DNA of 64,000 nucleotides from a bacterium (GCA_043798995.1 JAZDOD010000009.1:14015-78014); one strand, 5' to 3'. Positions 28,824-38,020 are shown, numbered from the stretch's first letter. The notes: generated by a model from the letters alone, not told the origin. Translations and numbers: made by a program.

Positions 28824-31800
28824 ATGCAAACACAAGATTCAGCCAAAACTTTTGATTTTGATTCCATTCGTCTGAAATTGGCGTCCCCCAAGGTGATTCA
28901 CGGCTGGTCGCACGGCGAAGTTTTAAAACCGGAAACTATTAATTACCGTACCCAGAAACCAGAAAAAGATGGTCTTTTTTGCGAAAGAATTTTTGGTCCC
29001 AGTAAAGATTGGGAATGTTACTGCAGTAAATATAAAAAAATTCGCTATAAGGGCATTGTCTGCGATAAGTGCGGCGTTGAAGTCACTCGTTCAATCGTCA
29101 GACGCGAGAGAATGGGGCATATTGATTTGGCAACCCCGGTCGCTCATATTTGGTTTTTAAGAAGCGTGCCTTCAAAAGTCGGCATGATTTTAGATTTATC
29201 GCCGCAAGCCCTGGAGAAAGTTATTTATTTTGCTAATTTTATTGTTACTAAAGTTGAAGAACCGCTTAAAAATGAGGTCTGGGAACAGGCCAAAAACGAA
29301 TATAAAACCAAAAAGAAAAATATTGAAAAAGAATGTCAGAGACGCTCCAATGAAATCAAAAACGGCAAGTTTAGTGACGAGGAAAAAGAAAAGAGTTTGG
29401 CCGGATTAACCCTGCACAAAGAAAAAGAAATAAAAGAACTGGAGGATTTGCTGGAAACCGCAGAAAAGGAAATTAAAGAATTAAAAGTCAAAAAAATAAT
29501 TCCGGAAAATGTTTATCAGGATTTATCTTTGAAATACGGTCATATTTTTGAAGCTTCGATCGGAGCCGAAGCCGTCCGTTTCCTTTTAGAGCAAATTGAT
29601 TTAGATAAACTAATCAAAGAATTAGAAAAGGAAACAGAGGGTAGCCGAGGCGGCAAAAAAGAAAAAAATATCAGACGGCTCAAACTTCTTAAAAGTTTAA
29701 AAAATAATCAGCTAAGGCCGGAATGGATGATTCTGACAACCGTTCCGGTTATACCGCCCGACCTTCGGCCGATGGTAGCTTTGGATGGCGGTCGTTTTGC
29801 CACCTCTGACTTAAATGATTTATATCGCCGAGTTATCAATCGCAACAATCGCCTTAAACAATTATTAAACCTTAATGCGCCCGAAGTTATCATCCGCAAT
29901 GAAAAAAGAATGCTCCAGGAAGCGGTTGATGCTTTAATTGATAACAGCGCCCGTCACGGCAAAACAGTTATTGCTTCAACCGGTCAGAGAAGGATGCTTA
30001 AATCACTGGCCGATATTTTAAAAGGCAAGCAGGGCCGTTTCCGCCAAAATCTTTTGGGTAAACGCGTTGATTATTCCGGCCGCAGTGTCATTGTCGTTGG
30101 CCCCTTTTTAAAACTTAATGAATGCGGTCTGCCAAAACAGATGGCTTTGGAATTATTTAAGCCATTTGTTATCAGTAAATTAATTAAATACGGTTATATT
30201 CACAACGTCAGAAGCGGCGCCCGTTTTATTGAAAGCGGCCGGCCCGAGGTCTGGGATATTTTAGAAGAAGTTATTAAAGATGCCTTTGTCTTACTCAATC
30301 GCGCGCCAACGCTTCATCGCTTGGGTATCCAGGCTTTCCGTCCAATTCTGATTGAAGGCAAAGCAATTCAGATTCATCCCTTGGTTTGCCCGGCTTTCAA
30401 TGCTGACTTTGACGGCGACCAGATGGCCGTTCATGTGCCTTTGACCGAAGAGGCGCAAACCGAGGCGCGGGAAATAATGCAGTCATCCAAAAATTTACTT
30501 AAGCCCGCCACCGGCGACCCAGTAGTAACTCCCAATCAGGATATTGTCTGGGGTTGTTATTATCTGACCAGCTTAGAAGAAAAAGAGAAAAGACTAAAAC
30601 CAAAAATTTTTAGCTCCAAACAGGAAGCAGTTTTGGTTTATGATTTGGGCCAAATTTATTTGAGAGAACCGATTAAAGTGCGGTTTGAAAAAGGCGAAAT
30701 TGTTGACACCAGTGTCGGCCGTATTATTTTTAATAAGATTGTTCCCAAAGGACTGGGTTATGTTAATGAAGCCATGGTTTCTAAATCTCTTAAAGCTTTG
30801 GTTAAGAAATGTCTGGATAATTACGGCCGGGAAAAAACCGTTGAATTTCTGGATCAGTTAAAAGCATTGGGTTTTAGTTATTTAACTAAATCAGGTTTTT
30901 CCTGGGGAATGGGCGATTTACCGAATTTGCCGGAAAAACAGAAGATTCTCAGGGAAGCTGAGAAATATCTGGAAGAAATCCAGAATCAATACGAAATGGG
31001 ACTTCTGACCAATACCGAACGCCACAGCAAAGTAATTGAAACTTGGGCTGATGTGAAAAACAAAATTGTTAAAATAGGCAAAGACCTGCTTGACCCCAAA
31101 GGCGCTCTTTATTCTATTATTGAATCAGGCGCCCGTGGTTCTTGGAGCCAGCTAACTCAGGTTATTGGCATGAAAGGATTAGTGAGCAATCCGGCCGGTG
31201 AAATTATTGAACTGCCTATTAAAAACAGTTTTAAAGAAGGTTTTGATGTTTTGGAATATTTTATTTCTACCCACGGTTCAAGAAAGGGTTTATCCGACAC
31301 GGCGCTTAGAACTTCTAATGCCGGTTATCTCACCCGCCGTTTAGTTGACGTAGCCCAAGACGTTTTTATTATTAATGAAGATTGCCACGATAAAGAAGGA
31401 GTTCTTATAACTAAAGAGGAAAGCGAAGAAATCGGCGAGGGTCTAATTAACAGAATTATCGGTCATTTTGTGCTTGAAGATATAATTGACCCCAAGACAA
31501 AAAAAATTATTGCCAAAAAAGGAGAATTAGTGACCGAAGACAAGCGCGGATCTTTAGAAACAATTGATCCTAAGAAAGTAAAAATCCGTTCGGTTTTAAG
31601 CTGCAAAAATACGCGCGGACTTTGCCGTAAGTGCTACGGCAATGACTTGGGCTATAACCGTCTCGTTGATTTTGGCGTCGCCACTGGCATTATTGCGGCC
31701 CAAAGTATCGGTGAGCCGGGAACGCAACTGACAATGAGAACCTTTCATACCGGCGGCGTGGCCGAAAAAGATATAACCCAGGGTTTGCCGCGAGTTGAGG

Positions 31801-32738
31801 AGCTTTTTGAAGCCCGCAGTCCTAAGCGAAAAGCAATCTTAGCCGATGTTTCAGGACCAGCTTTCATTGAGCAGCATCAGCGCTCAATCAAAGATTCCAA
31901 GGGCCGAATCATTATTGAAAATGTACCCGGCCAGAGAGTAATCAAAATTGAATTTCAGGACGTTGAAGAAGATAAATATGATTTAATAATACCGATTAAA
32001 TCAGCCGAAGGGCAGCCAAAAACTGTGGAGCCAAAAATAAAAGTTAAAGACGGTCACCGGGTTGACAAAGGCGCTGAATTGGGCGCCAGTAATTTGGGAG
32101 TTAAGATTAAAGCCAAACGGGCCGGGGTGGTTAAAATTAATAATGAAAAGAAGCAAATCAAAGTTTTAGTTGAAGCAACTAAAGTGCGCGAATATATTGT
32201 CCCGCAGGGAATTAATATTTTAATCAAATCAGGGCAGATGGTAGAAAAAGGCGCGCAACTAACCGATGGCAGCCTTGATCTTCAGCAGCTTTATGCTTTG
32301 CGCGGCAAAACCGAAACCCAAAAATATATTATTAAAGAAATTCAGTATATTTATTCTTCCCAGGGGCAGAAACTTAACGACAAACACATTGAAATTATTG
32401 CCCGGCAGATGTTTTCCAAGGTTTATGTTAAAGATGCCGGCGACACCGATCTTTTGCCCGGTAAAATCATTGACATTTCGGAATTAGAAGAAGCTAATCA
32501 AAAAATCGATCCTAAAGAAGGCAAACCGGCCAAAGTGGAAGAACTGCTCTTGGGTATTACTAAAGTTTCTCTTTCAACCCCGAGTTTCTTAGCCGCCGCC
32601 TCATTCCAAGAAACCTCCCGCATTTTAATTGATGCCGCCATCAGCGGCAAGATTGACCGCCTGGAAGGTCTTAAGGAAAACGTCATTATCGGCCGGCTTA
32701 TCCCGGTCGGCACTGGTTTCAGAAAGAAAAAAGGCTAA
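28824..32738 (+). CDS. rpoC: DNA-directed RNA polymerase subunit beta'
   Basis: 1304 aa. Zn-binding CxxC cluster (CSKYKKIRYKGIVCDKCGVEV), catalytic NADFDGDQMAVHVP, trigger loop and bridge helix. Confidence 0.95.
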   Translation: MQTQDSAKTFDFDSIRLKLASPKVIHGWSHGEVLKPETINYRTQKPEKDGLFCERIFGPSKDWECYCSKYKKIRYKGIVCDKCGVEVTRSIVRRERMGHIDLATPVAHIWFLRSVPSKVGMILDLSPQALEKVIYFANFIVTKVEEPLKNEVWEQAKNEYKTKKKNIEKECQRRSNEIKNGKFSDEEKEKSLAGLTLHKEKEIKELEDLLETAEKEIKELKVKKIIPENVYQDLSLKYGHIFEASIGAEAVRFLLEQIDLDKLIKELEKETEGSRGGKKEKNIRRLKLLKSLKNNQLRPEWMILTTVPVIPPDLRPMVALDGGRFATSDLNDLYRRVINRNNRLKQLLNLNAPEVIIRNEKRMLQEAVDALIDNSARHGKTVIASTGQRRMLKSLADILKGKQGRFRQNLLGKRVDYSGRSVIVVGPFLKLNECGLPKQMALELFKPFVISKLIKYGYIHNVRSGARFIESGRPEVWDILEEVIKDAFVLLNRAPTLHRLGIQAFRPILIEGKAIQIHPLVCPAFNADFDGDQMAVHVPLTEEAQTEAREIMQSSKNLLKPATGDPVVTPNQDIVWGCYYLTSLEEKEKRLKPKIFSSKQEAVLVYDLGQIYLREPIKVRFEKGEIVDTSVGRIIFNKIVPKGLGYVNEAMVSKSLKALVKKCLDNYGREKTVEFLDQLKALGFSYLTKSGFSWGMGDLPNLPEKQKILREAEKYLEEIQNQYEMGLLTNTERHSKVIETWADVKNKIVKIGKDLLDPKGALYSIIESGARGSWSQLTQVIGMKGLVSNPAGEIIELPIKNSFKEGFDVLEYFISTHGSRKGLSDTALRTSNAGYLTRRLVDVAQDVFIINEDCHDKEGVLITKEESEEIGEGLINRIIGHFVLEDIIDPKTKKIIAKKGELVTEDKRGSLETIDPKKVKIRSVLSCKNTRGLCRKCYGNDLGYNRLVDFGVATGIIAAQSIGEPGTQLTMRTFHTGGVAEKDITQGLPRVEELFEARSPKRKAILADVSGPAFIEQHQRSIKDSKGRIIIENVPGQRVIKIEFQDVEEDKYDLIIPIKSAEGQPKTVEPKIKVKDGHRVDKGAELGASNLGVKIKAKRAGVVKINNEKKQIKVLVEATKVREYIVPQGINILIKSGQMVEKGAQLTDGSLDLQQLYALRGKTETQKYIIKEIQYIYSSQGQKLNDKHIEIIARQMFSKVYVKDAGDTDLLPGKIIDISELEEANQKIDPKEGKPAKVEELLLGITKVSLSTPSFLAAASFQETSRILIDAAISGKIDRLEGLKENVIIGRLIPVGTGFRKKKG

Positions 32739-32770
32739 ATAAAATTTAGGATCTTTATAATATCAATCAG

Positions 32771-32805
32771 CCAAAACGCCCGTTTTTAAAACGGGCGTTT
32801 TGGCT
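32771..32805. terminator. perfect 35-bp palindrome, bidirectional rho-independent terminator after rpoC
   Basis: GCCAAAACGCCCGTTTTTAAAACGGGCGTTTTGGC followed by TTT. Confidence 0.6.
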
Positions 32806-32813
32806 TTGGGGCA

Positions 32814-32842
32814 TTGACAGTAAGCGGCTTTAGGTATATAAT
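32814..32842 (+). promoter_or_regulatory. near-consensus sigma70 promoter TTGACA-17-TATAAT for the DGR target gene, followed by palindromic operator-like sites
   Basis: -35 at 32814-32819 and -10 at 32837-32842. Immediately downstream lie ATTGACaatagaaaaGTCAAT and ATTCCGCcttgGCGGAAT inverted repeats. Confidence 0.45.
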
Positions 32843-32914
32843 GGTTTATTGACAATAGAAAAGTCAATATTCCGCCTTGCGGAATTAATGCTCTTTTTAA
32901 AAGGGAGGATCGCC

Positions 32915-33625
32915 ATGATTAGCGATAAGACCTTAAATAACGCAGAGTTAGAGTTGACGCAAAAGTTGCAAATGCATTTTCCGAGAGGAGTCATTTCTCC
33001 GGATGTGCTAAAGCAATGGAATACCTGTCAGAAAGAAGCTATTACAGCACGCCTAGTCGAAGCATTTAGCAAGGGACCGGAAATTGTTTCTTCCGCAACT
33101 GAGCATCTGCTTGAATTTCTAGGCACCATAATCATTCCAGATAATCCTGAAAAATTCGTCGTCAAGAAAAAATTCATCGTGGATACCGGCAAGAAAGCTC
33201 CGATAAAAATTTCCTATCTTGGATCGAACCTGCAAGAGTGGTTTCTTAACAAGGTCGAGGGACCAAGTGAAAAAACCGTTCTTCGCAAAGACCGATTACG
33301 GAAAGCGTCGATTGACATGCCCATTATCGCCGAACTTGGCGGCCACAACAAAGTAGCCACGACTTGGTTTGCCATCTGGCACCTAATGATCCCGAACCAG
33401 CTCGACAAGAATTTGTGGCATGTCTTCTATATGGAAGATGAAATCCGTTTCCCGGAAGACAAAACCATCGCTTTCACCAACGCGAAAAGCGAAAAAGGTG
33501 TGCTTCGCGCGGTGTACGTGTTCTGGCTCGACGGCGGCTGGGACCTGACGGCGCACTCCGTCCTGTCTCCGTACTGGTGGTCTGAGGGCCGTCGGTTCTT
33601 CTCCCGCAATTCCTCTGAAACTTAG
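32915..33625 (+). CDS. DGR target (variable) protein; C-terminal ~38 aa encoded by the variable repeat
   Basis: Start at ATG 32915 (MISDKTLNN), which has a GGGAGG SD. GC is ~47%, against a ~35% background, and codon usage is distinct (ccg/gcg/ctg/atc). The C-terminus GVLRAVYVFWLDGGWDLTAHSVLSPYWWSEGRRFFSRN is encoded by VR. No signal peptide is recognisable. Confidence 0.6.
   Translation: MISDKTLNNAELELTQKLQMHFPRGVISPDVLKQWNTCQKEAITARLVEAFSKGPEIVSSATEHLLEFLGTIIIPDNPEKFVVKKKFIVDTGKKAPIKISYLGSNLQEWFLNKVEGPSEKTVLRKDRLRKASIDMPIIAELGGHNKVATTWFAIWHLMIPNQLDKNLWHVFYMEDEIRFPEDKTIAFTNAKSEKGVLRAVYVFWLDGGWDLTAHSVLSPYWWSEGRRFFSRNSSET
33497..33609 (+). repeat. DGR variable repeat (VR)
   Basis: 113 bp homologous to 33991-34103. 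It differs at 22 positions, every one of which is an A in the TR copy. The last ~17 bp (ttcttctcccgcaa) are identical and A-poor, a candidate initiation-of-mutagenic-homing (IMH) boundary. A downstream hairpin GACCCTCT...AGAGGGTC lies at 33657-33703. Confidence 0.8.
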
Positions 33626-33990
33626 AATATATGGCTCTTTGATCCTTTAACACTCTGACCCTCTTGAATTTTTTGCAGAATCTTGCAGAAATTTGAGAGG
33701 GTCTTTTATTTTTGCTATACTATTTTTAGAATCATGCGCTACACGGCGGTTACGACTTCCGTGTTATGATTTCAGGAAATTTTTCACGAGAGTCGCGCCG
33801 GATAAGTCTTGCGCGAGAGTGTGAAAAATATTTCTTCAAAAAATTAAAATGAATTGGTGCAGGAAACCGGCGGATTTTTAGGTCCCGAATAAAATTCAGC
33901 CCCGAGAGTATTCATCCCATTAGAAATTCATAACTTCTAATGGGATTCAAGGGGCAGTGGCACAGATAGTTTTCTGCTCGAGAACGAGCC

Positions 33991-34103
33991 GGTGTGCTTC
34001 GCGCAGTAAACGTGAAATGGAACGACGACGGCTGGAACCTGAAAGCGAACTCCGTCCTGAATCCGAACAGGTGGAATGAGGGCAATCAGTTCTTCTCCCG
34101 CAA
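33991..34103 (+). repeat. DGR template repeat (TR)
   Basis: Contains 31 adenines, 22 of which are substituted in VR. Rich in AAC/AAT codons in the VR reading frame (N V K W N D D G W N L K A N S V L N P N R W N E G N Q). Followed by a hairpin CTCCTGCtagtctCGCAGGAG. Confidence 0.8.
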
Positions 34104-34107
34104 CTCA

Positions 34108-34527
34108 TTATTTTTCTCCTGCTAGTCTCGCAGGAGTTTTACTTAGTAAGCCCTTTTTCCATCCGCCAAGCATTCTTCCTATTTCTTCAAGCTTTTTGGA
34201 AAGCTCGATGTATTTTTCATTCGGAATAAGCTTGCTTTCCCAGGCGACTTGGACAAAGAATTTCAGGACATCAAGTTTTGATATAGTTTTTCCCAATAAG
34301 ATGAATTTCTGATCAGGCGGAAGGTAGGAGGCAGTAAAACTTAATTCAAGAATTTCAAGAAATGTCCAATCGATTTTTCTTCCAATCCCAAAACGCTCGG
34401 CTCTTCCCAAATTCCGCTGAAGCGCCAGCCAATATTGATAAGAATCCTTAATCTTATGAATTACAACGGGCAAGCCTCGGGGGGGGGCGTTAAAAGTCAT
34501 CTTACTATGAAAATTCAATTGAGCCAT
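34108..34527 (-). CDS. avd: DGR accessory variability determinant (Avd)-like four-helix-bundle protein (23S rRNA intervening-sequence protein family)
   Basis: LPVVIHKIKDSYQYWLALQRNLGRAERFGIGRKI and the C-terminus LIPNEKYIELSKKLEEIGRMLGGW match the Avd family pattern. It is on the strand opposite to TR and RT. Its coding sequence contains a C9 homopolymer (plus-strand G9 at 34489-34497). Confidence 0.65.
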   Translation of the reverse strand: MAQLNFHSKMTFNAPPRGLPVVIHKIKDSYQYWLALQRNLGRAERFGIGRKIDWTFLEILELSFTASYLPPDQKFILLGKTISKLDVLKFFVQVAWESKLIPNEKYIELSKKLEEIGRMLGGWKKGLLSKTPARLAGEK

Positions 34528-35020
34528 AATTTTTCCGAAATAATTCGCGTTGAAAATTTATTAGAAGCTTGGAAAGAGTTTGAAAAAGGCAAGAAAAGCA
34601 GAAAAGATGTGCAAGTTTTTTCATTGCGGTTAATGGATAATATTTTTTTGCTTCACAACGATCTTTTTCATCATACTTACAAACACGGAGAATATCAAGC
34701 TTTCAAAATCAATGATCCAAAACCCAGAGATATTCACAAAGCCACAGTTCGCGATCGGCTTCTGCATCATGCGATTTACAGAATACTTTAAAACTTCGGC
34801 TTCGGGAGTTGATTTTTTGGGCTTCATCAATTTTTATAATCATAGAATTTTGCGGACGAAAACAAAAAGGAGGATGTTTAAGAAGATTAGAATCAATAGA
34901 GAAAAATTGGCCAAAGGTCTTATCAGCAAGGAATCGTTCAATCAATTGCTGCAATCATATTATGGGATTCTCAAACATTGTCACGGTTATAAGTTAAAAT
35001 TAAAGATTGATGAATTGTAG
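34507..35020 (+). pseudogene. DGR reverse transcriptase remnant: internal deletion plus frameshift, catalytic motifs 3-7 missing
   Basis: Frame A runs 34507-34791: MKIQLSHNFSEIIRVENLLEAWKEFEKGKKSRKDVQVFSLRLMDNIFLLHNDLFHHTYKHGEYQAFKINDPKPRDIHKATVRDRLLHHAIYRIL. This is the RT N-terminus through motifs 1-2, then a stop. A different frame (34712-35020) encodes the RT C-terminus: VDFLGFINFYNHRILRTKTKRRMFKKI...SFNQLLQSYYGILKHCHGYKLK. Only ~170 codons are present in total and there is no YxDD motif. Confidence 0.6.
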
Positions 35021-35088
35021 TTTGAATCAAGATTGAGCCCTTTTTTCTTTAGACAAAATGGTTTTTTTATGGTATAATTAAGTTAAAT

Positions 35089-37287
35089 ATGGGCAGAAAC
35101 AATAATTCTAAAAAGGGTTATTTCAGTCACTATCGCGAACCGCTTAAATCAGAAGTCAAAAAGGGAATTGTGACTGTTTTTATTTTTGTTTTGGCATTGG
35201 TGAGTCTTCTTAGTTTTTTTGATCAATCTGGCCAGGCCGGCCGTTATTTATTGCGGCTACTTTATATTTTTTTTGGCAAAGGCGCTGCCATAGCGCCGGT
35301 CCTATTGCTTATTACCGGACTCTTGGTGCTTTTAAAAGAAAAACTTCAGATCCTTTGGGTTTATTGGCTGGGACTCATTCTTTTTGCTTTGACTTTTTTT
35401 GGCCTGTTTCATTTATGGATTCCGCCGGAAAATGCTTTGACCGAAGCTTTGGCCGGCCACGGCGGCGGTTTGGTCGGTCTTATCTTGAGCTATCCCTTGG
35501 GCCGATTTTTTGGTTTTTGGGCTTCCCTCATTATTTTTTTGGCGCTTTTAATCACTTCGGTTTTAATTCTACTTAACCTTTCTTTGGCTAAGCTTTTTCA
35601 GGGCGTTAGTTTTTTTAAATTTATTTTTAATAAAGTCAACCAATTAGTTTTCGGTCTCACTAATAAGATTTTTGATTTTGTAGGTAAAAGAAAAAAGCCG
35701 CAAGAATCTTTAAATTATGAAGAAGCAGCTTTTGAAAGTAAAGACATTAAAGAACTGGAAGAAGAAGTTGCTGAAGAGAAAAAAGAACAGCAATTATCCT
35801 TTGAGGATATTAAATCACCCAAAGCCAAGCGAAGCAGTAAAAAAATTGACTTGCCTTTATCGCTTTTGGAAAGCCGGGACAGCCAACCGACCAGCGGCGA
35901 TATCAATGCTAACACTAATATTATTAAAAGGACTTTGGAAAACTTTGGCATTGAAGTGGAAATGGGCAAAGTCAGCGTTGGCCCGACCGTGACTCAATAT
36001 ACTCTGAAGCCGGCCGATGGCGTCAAACTTTCCCAAATTGTCACGTTACATAATGACCTGGCCTTGGCTTTAGCCGCCCATCCAATCAGAATTGAAGCGC
36101 CGATTCCGGGCAAATCCCTGGTCGGCATTGAAGTACCTAATCAATCAGTGGCCGTGGTGCGGCTTAAGGAGATTTTGGACTCGGATCGTTTCCGGCGCCG
36201 CCAGTCAAATTTAATGATTTCTTTAGGCAAGGATGTGGCCGGCGAAGTCTGGCTGGCCAATTTAAGAAAAATGCCCCATCTTTTAATTGCCGGCGCCACC
36301 GGCTCGGGCAAAACCATTGCCATTAACTCAATTATTGTCAGCCTGATTTTTCAGAATTCGCCGGATGACCTTAAATTTATTTTAATTGATCCCAAGAGGG
36401 TAGAACTGCCGGTTTATAATAGTATTCCTTATTTAATTACGCCGGTTATTACCGATGTTAAGAAAACAGTCAATGCCTTAAAATGGGCGGTGGCGGAAAT
36501 GGAAAGAAGGTTTGAGGTTTTAGCTAAATTTGTCAAACGCGATATTCAATCTTACAACGCTTCAACCGAACAAAAAATACCTTACATTGTAATCGTTATT
36601 GATGAGCTGGCTGATTTAATGGCCACCGCCGGGCCGGAAATAGAAGCTTTAATTATCCGTTTGGCTCAGATGTCTCGGGCAGTCGGCATTCATTTGGTTT
36701 TAGCCACTCAACGGCCATCGGTCAATGTGATTACGGGCTTGATTAAAGCCAATATCACCAGCCGCATTGCTTTTGCCGTTGCTTCCTTAGTTGACTCAAG
36801 AACAATTTTAGATACCGGCGGCGCCGAGAAATTATTAGGCCGCGGTGATATGCTTTTTATTTCCTCAGAAATTTCCAAGCCTAAAAGAATTCAGGGCGCT
36901 TATGTTTCCGACAAGGAAATTAAAGGTATTGTCAGCTATCTTAAAGAAAAAGGCGAGCCCGAATATCTGCCCGAAGTGGTTGAGAAGACAAAAGAAGGCA
37001 GTCTTCTTTACAATTTTAGCGGCAGCGACGATGAACTTTTAGAAGAAGCGAAAAGAGTTGTTGTGCAGGCGGGTAAAGCCTCAGCTTCACTACTGCAAAG
37101 AAGATTGCGCATTGGTTATGCCCGGGCGGCGAGACTTTTAGATTTATTAGAAGAACAAGGCGTGGTTGGTCCTTTGGACGGAGCCAGGCCGCGCGAAGTC
37201 TTGATTCCGAGAGAGGACTTGGCTAAAATAGGAGAAAGCGATGAGGAAGAAGGGTTTCCCGAAGAAGAGGAAGAAGAAATAAAATAA
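35089..37287 (+). CDS. ftsK: DNA translocase FtsK/SpoIIIE
   Basis: N-terminal four TM helices, a linker, then the alpha/beta motor (GATGSGKT Walker A, VIVIDELADLM Walker B) and a gamma wHTH domain (LLQRRLRIGYARAARLLD). Confidence 0.9.
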   Translation: MGRNNNSKKGYFSHYREPLKSEVKKGIVTVFIFVLALVSLLSFFDQSGQAGRYLLRLLYIFFGKGAAIAPVLLLITGLLVLLKEKLQILWVYWLGLILFALTFFGLFHLWIPPENALTEALAGHGGGLVGLILSYPLGRFFGFWASLIIFLALLITSVLILLNLSLAKLFQGVSFFKFIFNKVNQLVFGLTNKIFDFVGKRKKPQESLNYEEAAFESKDIKELEEEVAEEKKEQQLSFEDIKSPKAKRSSKKIDLPLSLLESRDSQPTSGDINANTNIIKRTLENFGIEVEMGKVSVGPTVTQYTLKPADGVKLSQIVTLHNDLALALAAHPIRIEAPIPGKSLVGIEVPNQSVAVVRLKEILDSDRFRRRQSNLMISLGKDVAGEVWLANLRKMPHLLIAGATGSGKTIAINSIIVSLIFQNSPDDLKFILIDPKRVELPVYNSIPYLITPVITDVKKTVNALKWAVAEMERRFEVLAKFVKRDIQSYNASTEQKIPYIVIVIDELADLMATAGPEIEALIIRLAQMSRAVGIHLVLATQRPSVNVITGLIKANITSRIAFAVASLVDSRTILDTGGAEKLLGRGDMLFISSEISKPKRIQGAYVSDKEIKGIVSYLKEKGEPEYLPEVVEKTKEGSLLYNFSGSDDELLEEAKRVVVQAGKASASLLQRRLRIGYARAARLLDLLEEQGVVGPLDGARPREVLIPREDLAKIGESDEEEGFPEEEEEEIK

Positions 37288-37294
37288 TTTAAAT

Positions 37295-38020
37295 ATGACA
37301 AGTTTTAGAACCAAAAAAATTTTGGAAAATCTAACCTTAGGAGAAAGATTGGCCAGTTTAAGAAAAGCTAAAGCCATTAATTTGGCAACTTTAGCTAAAA
37401 AAACCGGCATCAGCCAAAAATATTTATTGGCTTTAGAAGAAGGCAGATATCAGAAATTGCCCAGCCGGCTTTATGCTAAAAATTATCTTAAAAGCTATTT
37501 AGCATCTCTGGCAGTTGATCGACCCGAAGATTATTTAAAATTATTTGAAAGCGAGCAATCAATTTATCAGAAAACTAACAGTTATTCAGATTCGCCTAAA
37601 AACGCATCTTCTTTTAATTGGCAGAAAATTTTAAAGCAAATTGAGATTACGCCCCAGAAAATAAAATTGGCTCTTATCGGCTTAACTATTTTGGTTTGTT
37701 TCAGTTATTTGGGCTGGGAGACAAAAAAATTTTTTAGCCCCCCCCGTTTGGTAATTGAGATGCCGGAAAATAATTTAATAACCAACAAACAATTGATTGA
37801 AGTTAAGGGCCGGACTGAAAAAGAGGCAAATCTGGCCATTAACGGCCAGGAAATTTTTGTTGCCAGTGATGGCTCTTTTTCAGACAAAATTTTTCTTCAG
37901 GACGGTCTTAATATCATCAAAATTTCAGCTAAAAAAAGATATTCCAAAGACAATACTATTTTTCGCAAAGTTTTAGTCATCGGCAGCGATGAGAAAAAAC
38001 AAGAAGTTTCAACAAAATAA
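37295..38020 (+). CDS. RodZ-like protein (XRE-type HTH + TM + C-terminal DUF4115-like domain)
   Basis: HTH LGERLASLRKAKAINLATLAKKTGISQKYLLALEEG. One TM helix. C-terminal beta-rich domain. A C7 tract lies in the coding sequence at 37738-37744. Confidence 0.45.
   Translation: MTSFRTKKILENLTLGERLASLRKAKAINLATLAKKTGISQKYLLALEEGRYQKLPSRLYAKNYLKSYLASLAVDRPEDYLKLFESEQSIYQKTNSYSDSPKNASSFNWQKILKQIEITPQKIKLALIGLTILVCFSYLGWETKKFFSPPRLVIEMPENNLITNKQLIEVKGRTEKEANLAINGQEIFVASDGSFSDKIFLQDGLNIIKISAKKRYSKDNTIFRKVLVIGSDEKKQEVSTK

Noticed and set aside
26369-32713. Short antisense or alternative-frame ORFs within rpoB/rpoC (26369..26578, 27011..27214, 27679..27906, 28969..29160, 29708..29899, 32266..32487, 32498..32713)
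   Set aside because: They are embedded in two unambiguous, full-length essential genes, and no overlapping gene is needed to explain them.
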